From: Candidatus Eiseniibacteriota bacterium | Lineage (GTDB): Bacteria > Eisenbacteria > RBG-16-71-46 > CAZAMP01 | Assembly (NCBI GenBank): GCA_965224245.1 | Contig: OZ245046.1 | Location: 3,296,001-3,360,000, forward strand | Reading direction: 5' to 3' | Length of the DNA: 64,000 nt | Shown here: in pieces, positions 51,782 through 60,926 of the stretch | How positions within the stretch are numbered: the first letter of the stretch is position 1 | Layout of the letters: every line of letters begins with the position of its first letter | Made by a program: the position numbers and the translations under genes | The notes under the pieces: generated by a model | Told to the model about the DNA's origin: nothing | What the model saw: the letters and a program-made list of their open reading frames with translations, nothing else | The model's database searches: none

Positions 51782-52635
51782 CAGAGGGCCACGAGGATGA
51801 TCGTCGCAACCCCGATGGCCACGATGCCCTCGATCCAGGCCGCGTTCAGGTTGCGGTCGACGGCGATCTCGTGCGCGATCGTCGACCGGGGCAGGAACAC
51901 ACCGTCCGCGACGCGCCGGAGCACCGAGAGGACGACGAACCCGATGCCCGCGTTCCAGGCGAACGCGGTCAGGTTCGTCGGCCAGTCGACGAAGTCGCCG
52001 GCGGTCGCCTTCAGCAGGATGATGCCGACCGCGACCAGGCTCATGCCGAGGGCCACGCCCGCGGCCACGTTGTCGCGCTCGATCTCGGCGTGGATGTCGT
52101 ACCGGGTCACGAGCTGATAGACGCGGGCGAAGAGCGCGAGCGCGAGCTGTCCCAGCACGAAGAACGCGAGCGCCGTGAGCGGTCCTCCTCCGGTCCCGGT
52201 GATGGATCCGGCCAGGACGAGCGCGGTCGCCACGTAGGCTCCGGCCTCGACGGCCCCGGTCCCGACGTTCCGGTCCTCGACGATCTCGCGCGAGGTGCTG
52301 AAGCCAGGTAGCATCAACCGGTCCACGAGAAAGCGACTCACGTTGAGAAGCGCGACGCCGCCCAGCGCGTAGCCGACGTCGCGGGCCAGCGACGTGCCGA
52401 GCTCTCGCCCCAGGATCGTGTCGCCCAGGTCGGGTCCCCAGATCGCGCCGACGTACACGATGATCACACCGGCGAAGTAGCCGGTGAGCGTGAGACCCAG
52501 CGCGGGGTTGTCCTTGACCGTGAGCTCCTCGTCGAGTCGATAGGGCGTGGTCAGATCGTTCACGAGCTTCGCGATGAGCAGCACCACGAGGCCGCCCAGC
52601 ACGTATACCACTCCGGACGCGGCGTCCTGCCACAT
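51781..52635 (-). CDS. Tandem DUF350 (YjfL-like) membrane protein
   Basis: Four repeats of the E(L/I)..D.N.(A/G) motif between TM helices. Confidence 0.85.
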   Translation of the reverse strand: MWQDAASGVVYVLGGLVVLLIAKLVNDLTTPYRLDEELTVKDNPALGLTLTGYFAGVIIVYVGAIWGPDLGDTILGRELGTSLARDVGYALGGVALLNVSRFLVDRLMLPGFSTSREIVEDRNVGTGAVEAGAYVATALVLAGSITGTGGGPLTALAFFVLGQLALALFARVYQLVTRYDIHAEIERDNVAAGVALGMSLVAVGIILLKATAGDFVDWPTNLTAFAWNAGIGFVVLSVLRRVADGVFLPRSTIAHEIAVDRNLNAAWIEGIVAIGVATIILVAL

Positions 52636-52638
52636 GTG

Positions 52639-54075
52639 TCACTTCCCCCCGCCGAATCGGCTTCCCGAGCGTCCGCCTCGCGACGTGCCGCGCCCACCGG
52701 AGCCCGAGGCGTATCGGCTGCCGCGGTAGCTGCCTCCCGAGCGCTTGTAGCGCGACGACGCGTAGCCGCCGGACTTCACGTAGCGGCTGCCCGCGTACCG
52801 CGAGGACGTGTACCGCCCCTTGCTCCCGTAGGTCGGGCGACCCGAGTCGTCGCGTCCGTAGAACGTGCGCCCGGCCCGGCGCGAGGTGTCGTAGTCGCGC
52901 CAGTGACCGGTCGAGATGGGGCGGTATCCTCCGACGCCCCAGAACAGGTCGCGCATGAGCGCGTACTGGCCGTACCAGACCCAGAAGCTCCCGCCGGACG
53001 TCGTGTTCCAGTAGCCGTACTGATTGCGCTTCTCTTCGGGGGGAGCGACGTATCCGAGCCCGGCCGGCTGAACCACGCTCACCGCCTCGTGGTCGAACTC
53101 GCCGGCGGCCTTGCGTTCGAGCGTCATGCCGAGGTGATCCTCGTGCGCGAGGTAGGTCTTCTCGGAGACGGGCACCCAGCTCGTCTCGTGTGCGGTCTCG
53201 TTCGCACGAGACGCCACGTCGGTGATGTGCGTCCTGATCAGGTCGATCCGGTGTCGGAACTGCACCTCGGCGCCTTCGCGGATCTCCATGTCGGTGAGGA
53301 CGCGCTCCCACGACCAGTAGAGCTGATCGACTAGCCCGGGAAGCCCTTCGGTCAGCGCCGTGACCTCCCCGGAAGCCTCGTCGAGTACGGCGGCGGTCGT
53401 GATGAGACGGTCGAAGTCGGGCTGGTCGCCGGCGGCGAGCAGACGCTCCACCTCGTCTCCGGCGGCGAGGCCCCGCGAACGAGCGTCCGAGAGGGCACTC
53501 GTCCGCGCCTCGAGCTCGGCGCGCTTCGCCGGCCAGTCGGACGCGGCCTTCTCGACCGTGCCCGCGATCGACGCGAGGTCCGTGGCGGCGAGCGCGTCGC
53601 GCTCGGATCGGAGGCGGCTCGCGTGGTCGGCGAGGTTCCGCCGGAAGTCGAGGCGCTCGTCCACCACGCGACCGGCCTCGGCCACGTCGGTCATCGCCGC
53701 GGCCCGGAGCGCGCGCACGCGTGCGAGCGCGTCGTCCACCGCCGCCGCGTCGTCCTTCTGGTTGCGCTCGACGAGGTCGGTCGCGCGGCGGAGCTCGGTC
53801 TCTGCCTCGTCGAGCCGTTCCCGCGCGGCATCGAGCCGCCCGGAGACGGACGCGCCCACCGTCGCGGGTGGGAACAGCTCCGGATCGCTCTCGAGCGCCG
53901 AACGTGCATCGGCGTCGGAGCGCGCGAACTCGGCGGTCGCGTCGTCGAGATTGGCCTCTTCGGCGGACACCGCGGCGCGCGTGGCCTTGGGAAGTCCGCG
54001 CTCGCCGGTGACGGCGACGAGCACCATGACGACGGCGACGATGGCGATCAGGTATCCCAGGGTTCGTCTTTGCAT
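52639..54075 (-). CDS. Membrane-anchored coiled-coil protein with Gly/Ser/Arg/Tyr-rich C-terminal tail
   Basis: N-terminal TM, long helical region, YGYW...SFWVWYGQY..MRDLF block, tail ending SRGGRSGSRFGGGK. Confidence 0.8.
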   Translation of the reverse strand: MQRRTLGYLIAIVAVVMVLVAVTGERGLPKATRAAVSAEEANLDDATAEFARSDADARSALESDPELFPPATVGASVSGRLDAARERLDEAETELRRATDLVERNQKDDAAAVDDALARVRALRAAAMTDVAEAGRVVDERLDFRRNLADHASRLRSERDALAATDLASIAGTVEKAASDWPAKRAELEARTSALSDARSRGLAAGDEVERLLAAGDQPDFDRLITTAAVLDEASGEVTALTEGLPGLVDQLYWSWERVLTDMEIREGAEVQFRHRIDLIRTHITDVASRANETAHETSWVPVSEKTYLAHEDHLGMTLERKAAGEFDHEAVSVVQPAGLGYVAPPEEKRNQYGYWNTTSGGSFWVWYGQYALMRDLFWGVGGYRPISTGHWRDYDTSRRAGRTFYGRDDSGRPTYGSKGRYTSSRYAGSRYVKSGGYASSRYKRSGGSYRGSRYASGSGGRGTSRGGRSGSRFGGGK

Positions 54076-54105
54076 CGTCGGCTCTCGCGTGTAGGAGAAT
54101 GGTCG

Positions 54106-54729
54106 TCAGCGGCGAAAGACACGAACGTCGCCCTCGCGGACCACGTCGGCGACGTGGACCTGAAACGGCTCGCCCTCCCACTTCTCGACCGAGAGCCGGC
54201 GCCCGTCGTCGCCCCTGAAGTCCCAGCCGTAGTAGCCTTCGCCGGCTCCGCGCTCGTTGGCGAAGAAGCCGACCTCGCCGCTCTCGTGATAGTGCCAGCG
54301 CCGTCCATCCCAGTCGAAGGAATTGGACTCGCGCTCTTCCTCGTCCATCCGGATGAGGGTCTCCTCGTCCAGCCCGACGTCGTCGAGCGAGCGCGGAGAC
54401 GGGTCGCGCACGACGGTGATCTCGAGATCGTCGTCCTCGACGAACTCCACGTGCACGCGGCGTCCGCGATACTCACCGGAGACCTCATACCAGCTCTCAC
54501 CGCCGGCCTCGTACCGGTGGCGGCGATCCACCACGAAGTCGAGGTCGTCGAAGTCGTCGCCGAGCCCGACGATCGAGACCGTGTCCCCGATGCGCGCATC
54601 GGGAAGCCTCACGTCCGTCAGGTCGGCGACGCTCCGCTCGGGCCGGGCCTTCGGCCGTCGTCGAAACATCGCCACCACCAATCCGATCAAGATGACACCC
54701 AGCACCGCGAGGACGAGCAGTCGGAACAT
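54106..54729 (-). CDS. DUF4178-like membrane-anchored protein
   Basis: N-terminal TM, GDTV, W.E, YYGWDF, LSVEKWE pattern; sits in a pspA-DUF350 context. Confidence 0.7.
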   Translation of the reverse strand: MFRLLVLAVLGVILIGLVVAMFRRRPKARPERSVADLTDVRLPDARIGDTVSIVGLGDDFDDLDFVVDRRHRYEAGGESWYEVSGEYRGRRVHVEFVEDDDLEITVVRDPSPRSLDDVGLDEETLIRMDEEERESNSFDWDGRRWHYHESGEVGFFANERGAGEGYYGWDFRGDDGRRLSVEKWEGEPFQVHVADVVREGDVRVFRR

Positions 54730-54744
54730 CTCGCGCCTCGCCGG

Positions 54745-55437
54745 TTACTTGTCGCCTTCGAGTTCCTTCTTGAGTTCGGCCAGCTCGTCGTCGACGCTGC
54801 CACCCTCCAGGGCCTGGAACTCCTCCTCCAGCGACTTCGACTCATCCACGCCGAGCGATTCGAACGCCTGCGCGGTAGCCTCTTCGCGAGCCACGGACTC
54901 CTCGAAGGTGGCCAGCGCGGCGAACGCGTTGTCGGCCTCTCCGACCCCGCTCATGGCCTCGGCCACCTTGCGCTGGGCCTTGGCGGCGTTCTTGCGGGCG
55001 ATGAGCGTGCTCGCGTTGCGCTCGGCCTCGTGGATCTTCTGCTTGAGCTCGTCGACCTGGCTCTTGAGCCGCTCGCTGGCCGCACGGGCTTGGGTCACGG
55101 AGGTCTCCATGCTCGTCACCAGACGATCGCAGTCGGCCTTCTTGGCCAGCGCCTTCTTGGCCAGGTCCTCGTTGCCGGCCTCCAGCGCCTTCCTCGCTCG
55201 CTCCTTCCAGTCGGCGCTCTGCCGCACGTATTTCTGGTACTCGGCTTCGAGCCGGTTGTGGTTGCTCATGGCCTCGGCCGATGCGCGCACCACGCGATTC
55301 AGCTCGGTCTTCATGTCACGAACCGTCTGCTGGATGGTCGACTCGAACGTCGCGTCTTCCACCTTCGACATCCCCTTGTTGGCCTGGCCCCGAGCGACGC
55401 GGCCGGCGCGACCGAACAGATTGGAGAAGAACCCCAT
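54745..55437 (-). CDS. PspA/IM30 family protein
   Basis: MGFFSNLF amphipathic start, W.ERARKALEAGNEDLAKKALAKK, VDDELAELKKEL; AAGGGAGG RBS. Confidence 0.93.
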   Translation of the reverse strand: MGFFSNLFGRAGRVARGQANKGMSKVEDATFESTIQQTVRDMKTELNRVVRASAEAMSNHNRLEAEYQKYVRQSADWKERARKALEAGNEDLAKKALAKKADCDRLVTSMETSVTQARAASERLKSQVDELKQKIHEAERNASTLIARKNAAKAQRKVAEAMSGVGEADNAFAALATFEESVAREEATAQAFESLGVDESKSLEEEFQALEGGSVDDELAELKKELEGDK

Positions 55438-55454
55438 GTCGTCACCTCCCTTCT

Positions 55455-56096
55455 CTAGCTCACGAGCGCGCCGAGCAGCTCGTGCGCCGCGACGACGTCG
55501 ATGACCAGGAACTCGAGACACGACGCGATGTCGTCGCAGTCGTCGTCACCCATGGCCTGGAGCTTGCAAAAGTTGTTGAGCGTGATCGCGACCCGGCCGT
55601 CGTCGCGCGTGTAGAGCTGGAACGCGGAGGTCGAGATGCCGTTGTCCGCGGTGAGCATCTTGCGCATCAGATCGGGCGTGATCGACGCCTCGGGAACCAC
55701 CAGAAGCGACACCGTGCAGTACAGGACGTTGTCCTGAAGCACCGTGTGCATCACGATCCCGCTCTCGGGATCCTTCACGTTCAACAGGTTCGGATTGACG
55801 ACCTTGACGTCGTAGCCCTCCTGTCCGAGGAACGCGTGGATGTCATCGACGGAAACGCGATCCGCCACGTCGGTTTCCTTGACCACGGGGATACTCCTTT
55901 CTGCGACCGACAACACCAGAGCCGTGTTGGCCTCGATCCACTCCTCCAGGTCCGACTGCCGGGCCCGCCAGGCGTTGCCGACCTTGAACAGGAAGTCCAG
56001 GCGCCCGCGCGAGGCCAGATAGTAGAACTTGGCCTTCGTGATCCGGAGGTAGTCGCAGATCTCCTCCGGGACTAGGATGTGGTCGTCTCCAACCAT
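55455..56096 (-). CDS. Excisionase-type (HTH_17) DNA-binding domain fused to a YjfI/CesT-like chaperone-fold domain
   Basis: ILVPEEICDYLRITKAKFYYLASRGRL..FKVGNAWRARQSDLEEWI, followed by an alpha/beta domain (LMRKMLTADNGISTSAF). GGGAG RBS. The C-terminal assignment rests on context. Confidence 0.75.
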   Translation of the reverse strand: MVGDDHILVPEEICDYLRITKAKFYYLASRGRLDFLFKVGNAWRARQSDLEEWIEANTALVLSVAERSIPVVKETDVADRVSVDDIHAFLGQEGYDVKVVNPNLLNVKDPESGIVMHTVLQDNVLYCTVSLLVVPEASITPDLMRKMLTADNGISTSAFQLYTRDDGRVAITLNNFCKLQAMGDDDCDDIASCLEFLVIDVVAAHELLGALVS

Positions 56097-56340
56097 CGTT
56101 GACTTCTCCCTACTTTCGAAGTATTCGTAATGTATCACGATTGGTTTCAATTCATGCTGTTTTTTCTCGATGACTCGAACCCGGTTCGGGCCGAGTGCAT
56201 TCAGCATTCGAGATGTTCCAACCGTGGTCGCGGCCGGCGGGAGGCTTGAGTTCCCCCGGCGCGCTCTCGATGTTAGGAGTGACGCGGGCGCGTCTGACCG
56301 ACGGGGTCCATCAGGGCTCCCGTCATCGAAGGGGTGATCG

Positions 56341-58116
56341 ATGAAGCGTGTCGTGGTGACGATTCTGGCGGTTCTCGGGGGGCTGGCGCTCATCGCTGCC
56401 GCCGTCGGGCTGGCGACGCTCGGCGCCGCCGCTCTGCGCCGCTCCGGTGGTGGAATCTCCGAGCACACGGTACTCGTGCTGGATCTCACCCGGCCGGTCG
56501 TGGAGGACGTCCCCGACGATCCCATTGCGAGGATCACGCTCCGCCACCGCATGGTCCTCCGGGACGTCGTCGACGCCCTCGTCCGAGGCGCCGACGACGA
56601 CCGTGTGGACGGCCTCGTGGTGCGCGCCGAGGGACCGATCGGCAGCCTCGCGATCGCCGAGGAGATCCGGGATGCGATCGCGCACTTTCGCGAGAGCGGC
56701 AAGTTCGCCGTCGCGTGGGCCCAGACGTTCGGTGAGGCGCGTGCCGGGCATGCGCCGTACTTCGTCGCGACCGCCTGCGAGGAGATCACGATGTTGCCGG
56801 CGGGCGATCTCGGGCTCGTGGGCCTGTCGGTCGAGCACCCCTTCGTTCGCGGCGCGTTCGACAAGCTCGACGTGGTGCCCGACATGGACCGGCGGTACGA
56901 GTACAAGAACGCGATGAACCTCTATACCGAGACCGAGTTCACCGATGCCCACCGCGAGGCCACGACGGCCATCCTCTCGTCGGCGTTTCAGGTGATCGTC
57001 GACGCGATCGCCGGGGCCCGCGACATGACGCCCGAGGCGGTTCGCGCGGTGTGCGATCGTGGGCCACTGCTCGGCGCCGAGGCCGTCGAAGCCGGGCTCG
57101 TCGATCGGCTCGCGTACCGCGACGAGGTGTACGACGCGATCGAGACCCGGATCGGGTCGGAAGCTGCGTTCATCCCGGTCACCGACTACCTCCGCCGCGC
57201 CGGGAGCGCGTTCCGCAAGGGCGAGACCATTGCCCTGATCTACGGTGTCGGACAGATCCACCGGGGTCCGAGCACCTTCAACCCGGCCACGAGTCGCTTC
57301 GTCATGGGCGCCGACACGGTGGCCGAGGCGTTTCGGGCCGCCGTGGACGATCCCCACGTCCGCGCCATCGTGTTCCGCGTCGACTGCCCGGGCGGCTCCT
57401 ACGTGGCGTCCGACGCGGTGTGGCGCGAGGTCGTCGAGGCCCGTGACGCCGGCAAGCCGGTCGTCGTGTCGATGGGCGGCGTGGCGGCGTCCGGCGGCTA
57501 CTTCGTGGCCACCCACGCCGATCGGATCGTCGCGCACCCCACGACGCTGACCTGCTCGATCGGCGTGCTCGGGGGCAAGCTCGTCACGCGTGGCCTCTTC
57601 GAGAAGCTCGGTCTGACCTGGGACATCGCCACCACGAGCGCCAACGCGACCATGTGGTCGGACAAGGAGCCGTTCGGCGCCACCGGCCGGGAGCGGCTCG
57701 AGGCGTGGCTGGATCGGGTGTACAGCGACTTCACCGGCCGGGTGGCCGAGGGTCGAGAGATGCCGATCGAGCGGGTCCGGGAACACGCGCGCGGACGCGT
57801 GTGGACCGGTGCCGAGGCCCGCACATTCGGGTTCGTGGACGAGTTCGGCGGCTACCTGACCGCGCTCGCCCAGGCCAAGGAGCTGGCCGGTCTGAACGCG
57901 GAGGCCCAGGTCCGCGTCGAGACGTTCCCCAGGAAGCACTCGCTCCTGCAGGCGGTTCTCGGCCGCGGAGACGAGGGCGCGGCGGCCGTCGCGAGTGTCT
58001 CGATCGAGCGTGCGCTCGCGCCGTTGCATCCGACGCTGGCCGCCCTGGCCGCGCTGGGGCTCGTCGGTGATGCGGCCGAGAGCGCGCTCCTCGCCCCGAT
58101 ACCGGACGTCCGTTGA
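56341..58116 (+). CDS. sppA: Signal peptide peptidase SppA, 67K type (S49)
   Basis: FRESGK, YKNA, RVDCPGGS, KPVVVSMGGVAASGGY, SIGV, GRVWTG. Confidence 0.95.
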   Translation: MKRVVVTILAVLGGLALIAAAVGLATLGAAALRRSGGGISEHTVLVLDLTRPVVEDVPDDPIARITLRHRMVLRDVVDALVRGADDDRVDGLVVRAEGPIGSLAIAEEIRDAIAHFRESGKFAVAWAQTFGEARAGHAPYFVATACEEITMLPAGDLGLVGLSVEHPFVRGAFDKLDVVPDMDRRYEYKNAMNLYTETEFTDAHREATTAILSSAFQVIVDAIAGARDMTPEAVRAVCDRGPLLGAEAVEAGLVDRLAYRDEVYDAIETRIGSEAAFIPVTDYLRRAGSAFRKGETIALIYGVGQIHRGPSTFNPATSRFVMGADTVAEAFRAAVDDPHVRAIVFRVDCPGGSYVASDAVWREVVEARDAGKPVVVSMGGVAASGGYFVATHADRIVAHPTTLTCSIGVLGGKLVTRGLFEKLGLTWDIATTSANATMWSDKEPFGATGRERLEAWLDRVYSDFTGRVAEGREMPIERVREHARGRVWTGAEARTFGFVDEFGGYLTALAQAKELAGLNAEAQVRVETFPRKHSLLQAVLGRGDEGAAAVASVSIERALAPLHPTLAALAALGLVGDAAESALLAPIPDVR

Positions 58117-58135
58117 TCCGACCGGGGCGCCCGGA

Positions 58136-59362
58136 TCAGCCGCCGAAGACGCCCCGGAACCAGGCCTTCATCCCCTTCGCGGCCACCGCACGGTCGGACA
58201 CGATGGGAACGTTGGTCAGGAACTCGCCTCGATAGGTCACGACCGCGTTCCCGACCGGGCTCCCCGTGACGAGGGGGGCGCGGAGCGGATCGCGAATCTC
58301 GGTCGTGACCACGAGCTCGTCGCGGTGGAGGGTCGGAACCAGCACCCGAACGTCGCGCGACGCCAGCGGCGCGATCGTCGCGGCCTGGCTCTGCTCGACG
58401 ACCACCGGCTCGTCGGAGATCGCCTCACCCTTGGTCGCCACGGCCACGAGGCGGCACTCGTTGAACGCTCGGGAGAGGATGCGGGCCGTGATCGCGGCAC
58501 ACTCGCTTCGGGACTCGGCGCCCATGACCACCGAGACGTAGCGGGTGCCCTTGCGTTCGGCGGTCGCGCAGAGGTTGTATCCGGCGCGCTCGGTGTAGCC
58601 GGTCTTGATGCCGTCCATGCCCGAGAACCGCCCGATCAGCGTGTTGGTGTTCTCGAGGATGAACTCGCCGCCGCGAAACGGCGCCCGCTCCTTCGACGAC
58701 CACTCGAGGATGTGCGCATGGGCCAGGAGTGCCCGGCCGAGGGCCACGACGTCGCGCGCCGTGGTCACGTTCAGCCGCTCCGGATCGTCGTCCAGCCCGT
58801 GAACGTTGACGTAGTGTGTCCTCGACATGCCGAGGTCCTCGGCGCGCCGGTTCATCATGTCCACGAAGACGTCGGTCTGACCGGCCACGTGCTCGGCCAC
58901 GGCGACGCACGCATCGTTCGCGGACGCGATCGCGATGGCCTCCATCATCGCCTCGAGCGGGAACACCTCCCCCTCTCTGAGGAAGACCTGCGAGCCGCCC
59001 ATGCGCGACGCGTGGGCGGACGCGCGAATCTCGTCGTCCAGCGAGAAGTCGCCGCGAGCGACCAGGTCCATCACGAGCAGCTCCAGCATCATCTTGGCCA
59101 GCGACGCCGGCGCGCGTTCGGCGTCGGCGTTCTGCTCGAACAAGACGGAGCCGGTCTCGGCCTCGATCAAGATCGCCGCGGCACAGTCGAGTGGGTCGAA
59201 CTCGAAGCTCTCGCTGGCCACCAGCGTCAACGGGGTCGCGTCCTCGTCGAGCGGTGCCGGGGGCGTGGCGCCGCCGCACCCGAGGCCGACGAGGGCGACG
59301 ACGAGCACCGCGCCCGCCAACGAGCGCGGCGGCGGGGTCGAATGTCGCACTGAACACTCCAT
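58136..59362 (-). CDS. D-alanyl-D-alanine carboxypeptidase (S11), probable lipoprotein
   Basis: SxxK (ASLAK), SxN (SAN), KTG triad; LGC lipobox-like; PBP5-type C-terminal domain. Confidence 0.93.
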   Translation of the reverse strand: MECSVRHSTPPPRSLAGAVLVVALVGLGCGGATPPAPLDEDATPLTLVASESFEFDPLDCAAAILIEAETGSVLFEQNADAERAPASLAKMMLELLVMDLVARGDFSLDDEIRASAHASRMGGSQVFLREGEVFPLEAMMEAIAIASANDACVAVAEHVAGQTDVFVDMMNRRAEDLGMSRTHYVNVHGLDDDPERLNVTTARDVVALGRALLAHAHILEWSSKERAPFRGGEFILENTNTLIGRFSGMDGIKTGYTERAGYNLCATAERKGTRYVSVVMGAESRSECAAITARILSRAFNECRLVAVATKGEAISDEPVVVEQSQAATIAPLASRDVRVLVPTLHRDELVVTTEIRDPLRAPLVTGSPVGNAVVTYRGEFLTNVPIVSDRAVAAKGMKAWFRGVFGG

Positions 59363-59474
59363 GTTCTCGTGGGAAGTCCGGAAGGTCTGCTAGTGTTCGC
59401 GGCGCGAGCGACGCCACGATCGTCCCCCGAGACGGCCTGGGGACGAGCCTCGCATTCTACAGGAGGTCACGCGC

Positions 59475-60215
59475 ATGTGCGTCCATCGATCTCGATCGTC
59501 GGCGGCTCCGGCACGGGGGCTCGTCGCCTCGGTGCTCCTGGTCGCGAGCGCGCTCCCGGCCGCGACCGCCGCGACCGCCGCCTCGGCGGAGGGCCTCGTC
59601 ATCGTTCACCATTCCCGCGGACCGCGCTGGGACATCGAGGCCGGATTCCGTGATCAGCCCGGGATCCGTGACCACGTTCGGTACTACGAGACCCTCGACG
59701 CCGACGGGCGGATCCTGATGGGCGGTCCGTTCCTGGACGACTCGGGCGGCATGATGATCCTCAGGGCCCGGGACTCCCTGGACACGATTCGCGGGATCGC
59801 GATGTCCGATCCGGCAGTCGAGGCCGGGGTTCTGGGGATGCGGGTCCTGTCGATCTCGCACCCCGTTCGGGCCGCCGATCCGGTTCGCGTCGAGCAGTCG
59901 AAGCCCGACATCCGCGTCGTCGCGTGGCTCTCGCCCGGCGAGGGCTGGTCGCCGGACACCCCGCGCCTGGAGCAGGCCGACATGGACGCCCACGTGGCCT
60001 TCTGTCGACAGCAGATCGAGGCCGGCCACTTCGCCCTGGTGGCTCCCGACGGGGACGATCGCGAGATCATCGTGTTCATGCCCGGCTACACGCCGGATCC
60101 GGCCTCCGAGCTCCTCGCCACCGACCCCGCGATCGCATCCGGCGTCGTCACGGCTGCGACGACCGAGTGGCTGATCGTGTTCAAGCTCGAACGCCCGGAC
60201 GGGTCGGCCGAGTGA
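59475..60215 (+). CDS. Secreted protein with tandem YciI-like domains
   Basis: AGGAGG RBS; DHVRYY...GGPFLDDSGGMMIL...DPAVEAG, with a second diverged copy AHVAF...DPAIASG. Confidence 0.75.
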   Translation: MCVHRSRSSAAPARGLVASVLLVASALPAATAATAASAEGLVIVHHSRGPRWDIEAGFRDQPGIRDHVRYYETLDADGRILMGGPFLDDSGGMMILRARDSLDTIRGIAMSDPAVEAGVLGMRVLSISHPVRAADPVRVEQSKPDIRVVAWLSPGEGWSPDTPRLEQADMDAHVAFCRQQIEAGHFALVAPDGDDREIIVFMPGYTPDPASELLATDPAIASGVVTAATTEWLIVFKLERPDGSAE

Positions 60216-60781
60216 GCCGACCGCTGGGGCGCGGCTTCTTCGCGCGCCCCGCGCTCGTGGTCGCGCGTGAGCTCCTGGGCTGCCGACTCTGCTTCCGGCG
60301 CCCGGACGGCCGCTTCGTCAGCGGCCGCATCGTCGAGACCGAGGCCTACGCTGGCTTCGAGGATCGAGCCTCTCACGGATGGCGCGGCCGCACGGCCCGG
60401 AACGCACCGATGTACGGACCGGCCGGTCACGCGTACGTGTATCTGATCTACGGCATGCACCACTGCATGAACGTCGTCACCGACGAGGTCGACTACCCCG
60501 CCGCGGTGCTCATTCGCGCCCTGGAGCCCGAGCGCGGGCTGGCGGGAACCGACACGTCGGGGCCGGGTCGTCTGTGCCGGGCCTTCGGGCTGGATCGCAC
60601 TCATTCCGGCGCCGATCTGACACGGCCGCCGCTCACCGTGCGCCCGGGGCGCCGGCCACGCATCGTCCGGGCGACGCCGCGCATCGGCGTGGACTACGCG
60701 GGGGAGGCCGCGAGGTGGCCGTGGCGCTTCGTGGACGCCGAGAGCCCGGCGCTCAGCCGCCCGATCCCGCCCCGCGCGTGA
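60212..60781 (+). CDS. mpg: 3-methyladenine DNA glycosylase (AAG/MPG family)
   Basis: VARELLG, GRIVETEAY, YVYLIYGMHHC.NVV, AVLIRALEP, GPGRLC, PRIGV; GTGA overlap. Confidence 0.95.
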   Translation: MSRPLGRGFFARPALVVARELLGCRLCFRRPDGRFVSGRIVETEAYAGFEDRASHGWRGRTARNAPMYGPAGHAYVYLIYGMHHCMNVVTDEVDYPAAVLIRALEPERGLAGTDTSGPGRLCRAFGLDRTHSGADLTRPPLTVRPGRRPRIVRATPRIGVDYAGEAARWPWRFVDAESPALSRPIPPRA

Positions 60782-60926
60782 CCCGCTCGGGGCACCGCAA
60801 ACCCGATCGCCACCCCAGGATCCGGCCCCCCGACTCGGCCGGACCCTCATGGTAGACTGACCCCTCGTCCGTGCACCGGAACGCCCGGCGTCGGTGCCGA
60901 GCTGTGGGTCTGTCGGGGGAGGCATC

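Noticed and set aside
55930-56096. Excisionase-like HTH as evidence of a prophage or integrative element
   Set aside because: No integrase, att repeats or phage genes; the domain is fused in frame within a stress operon.
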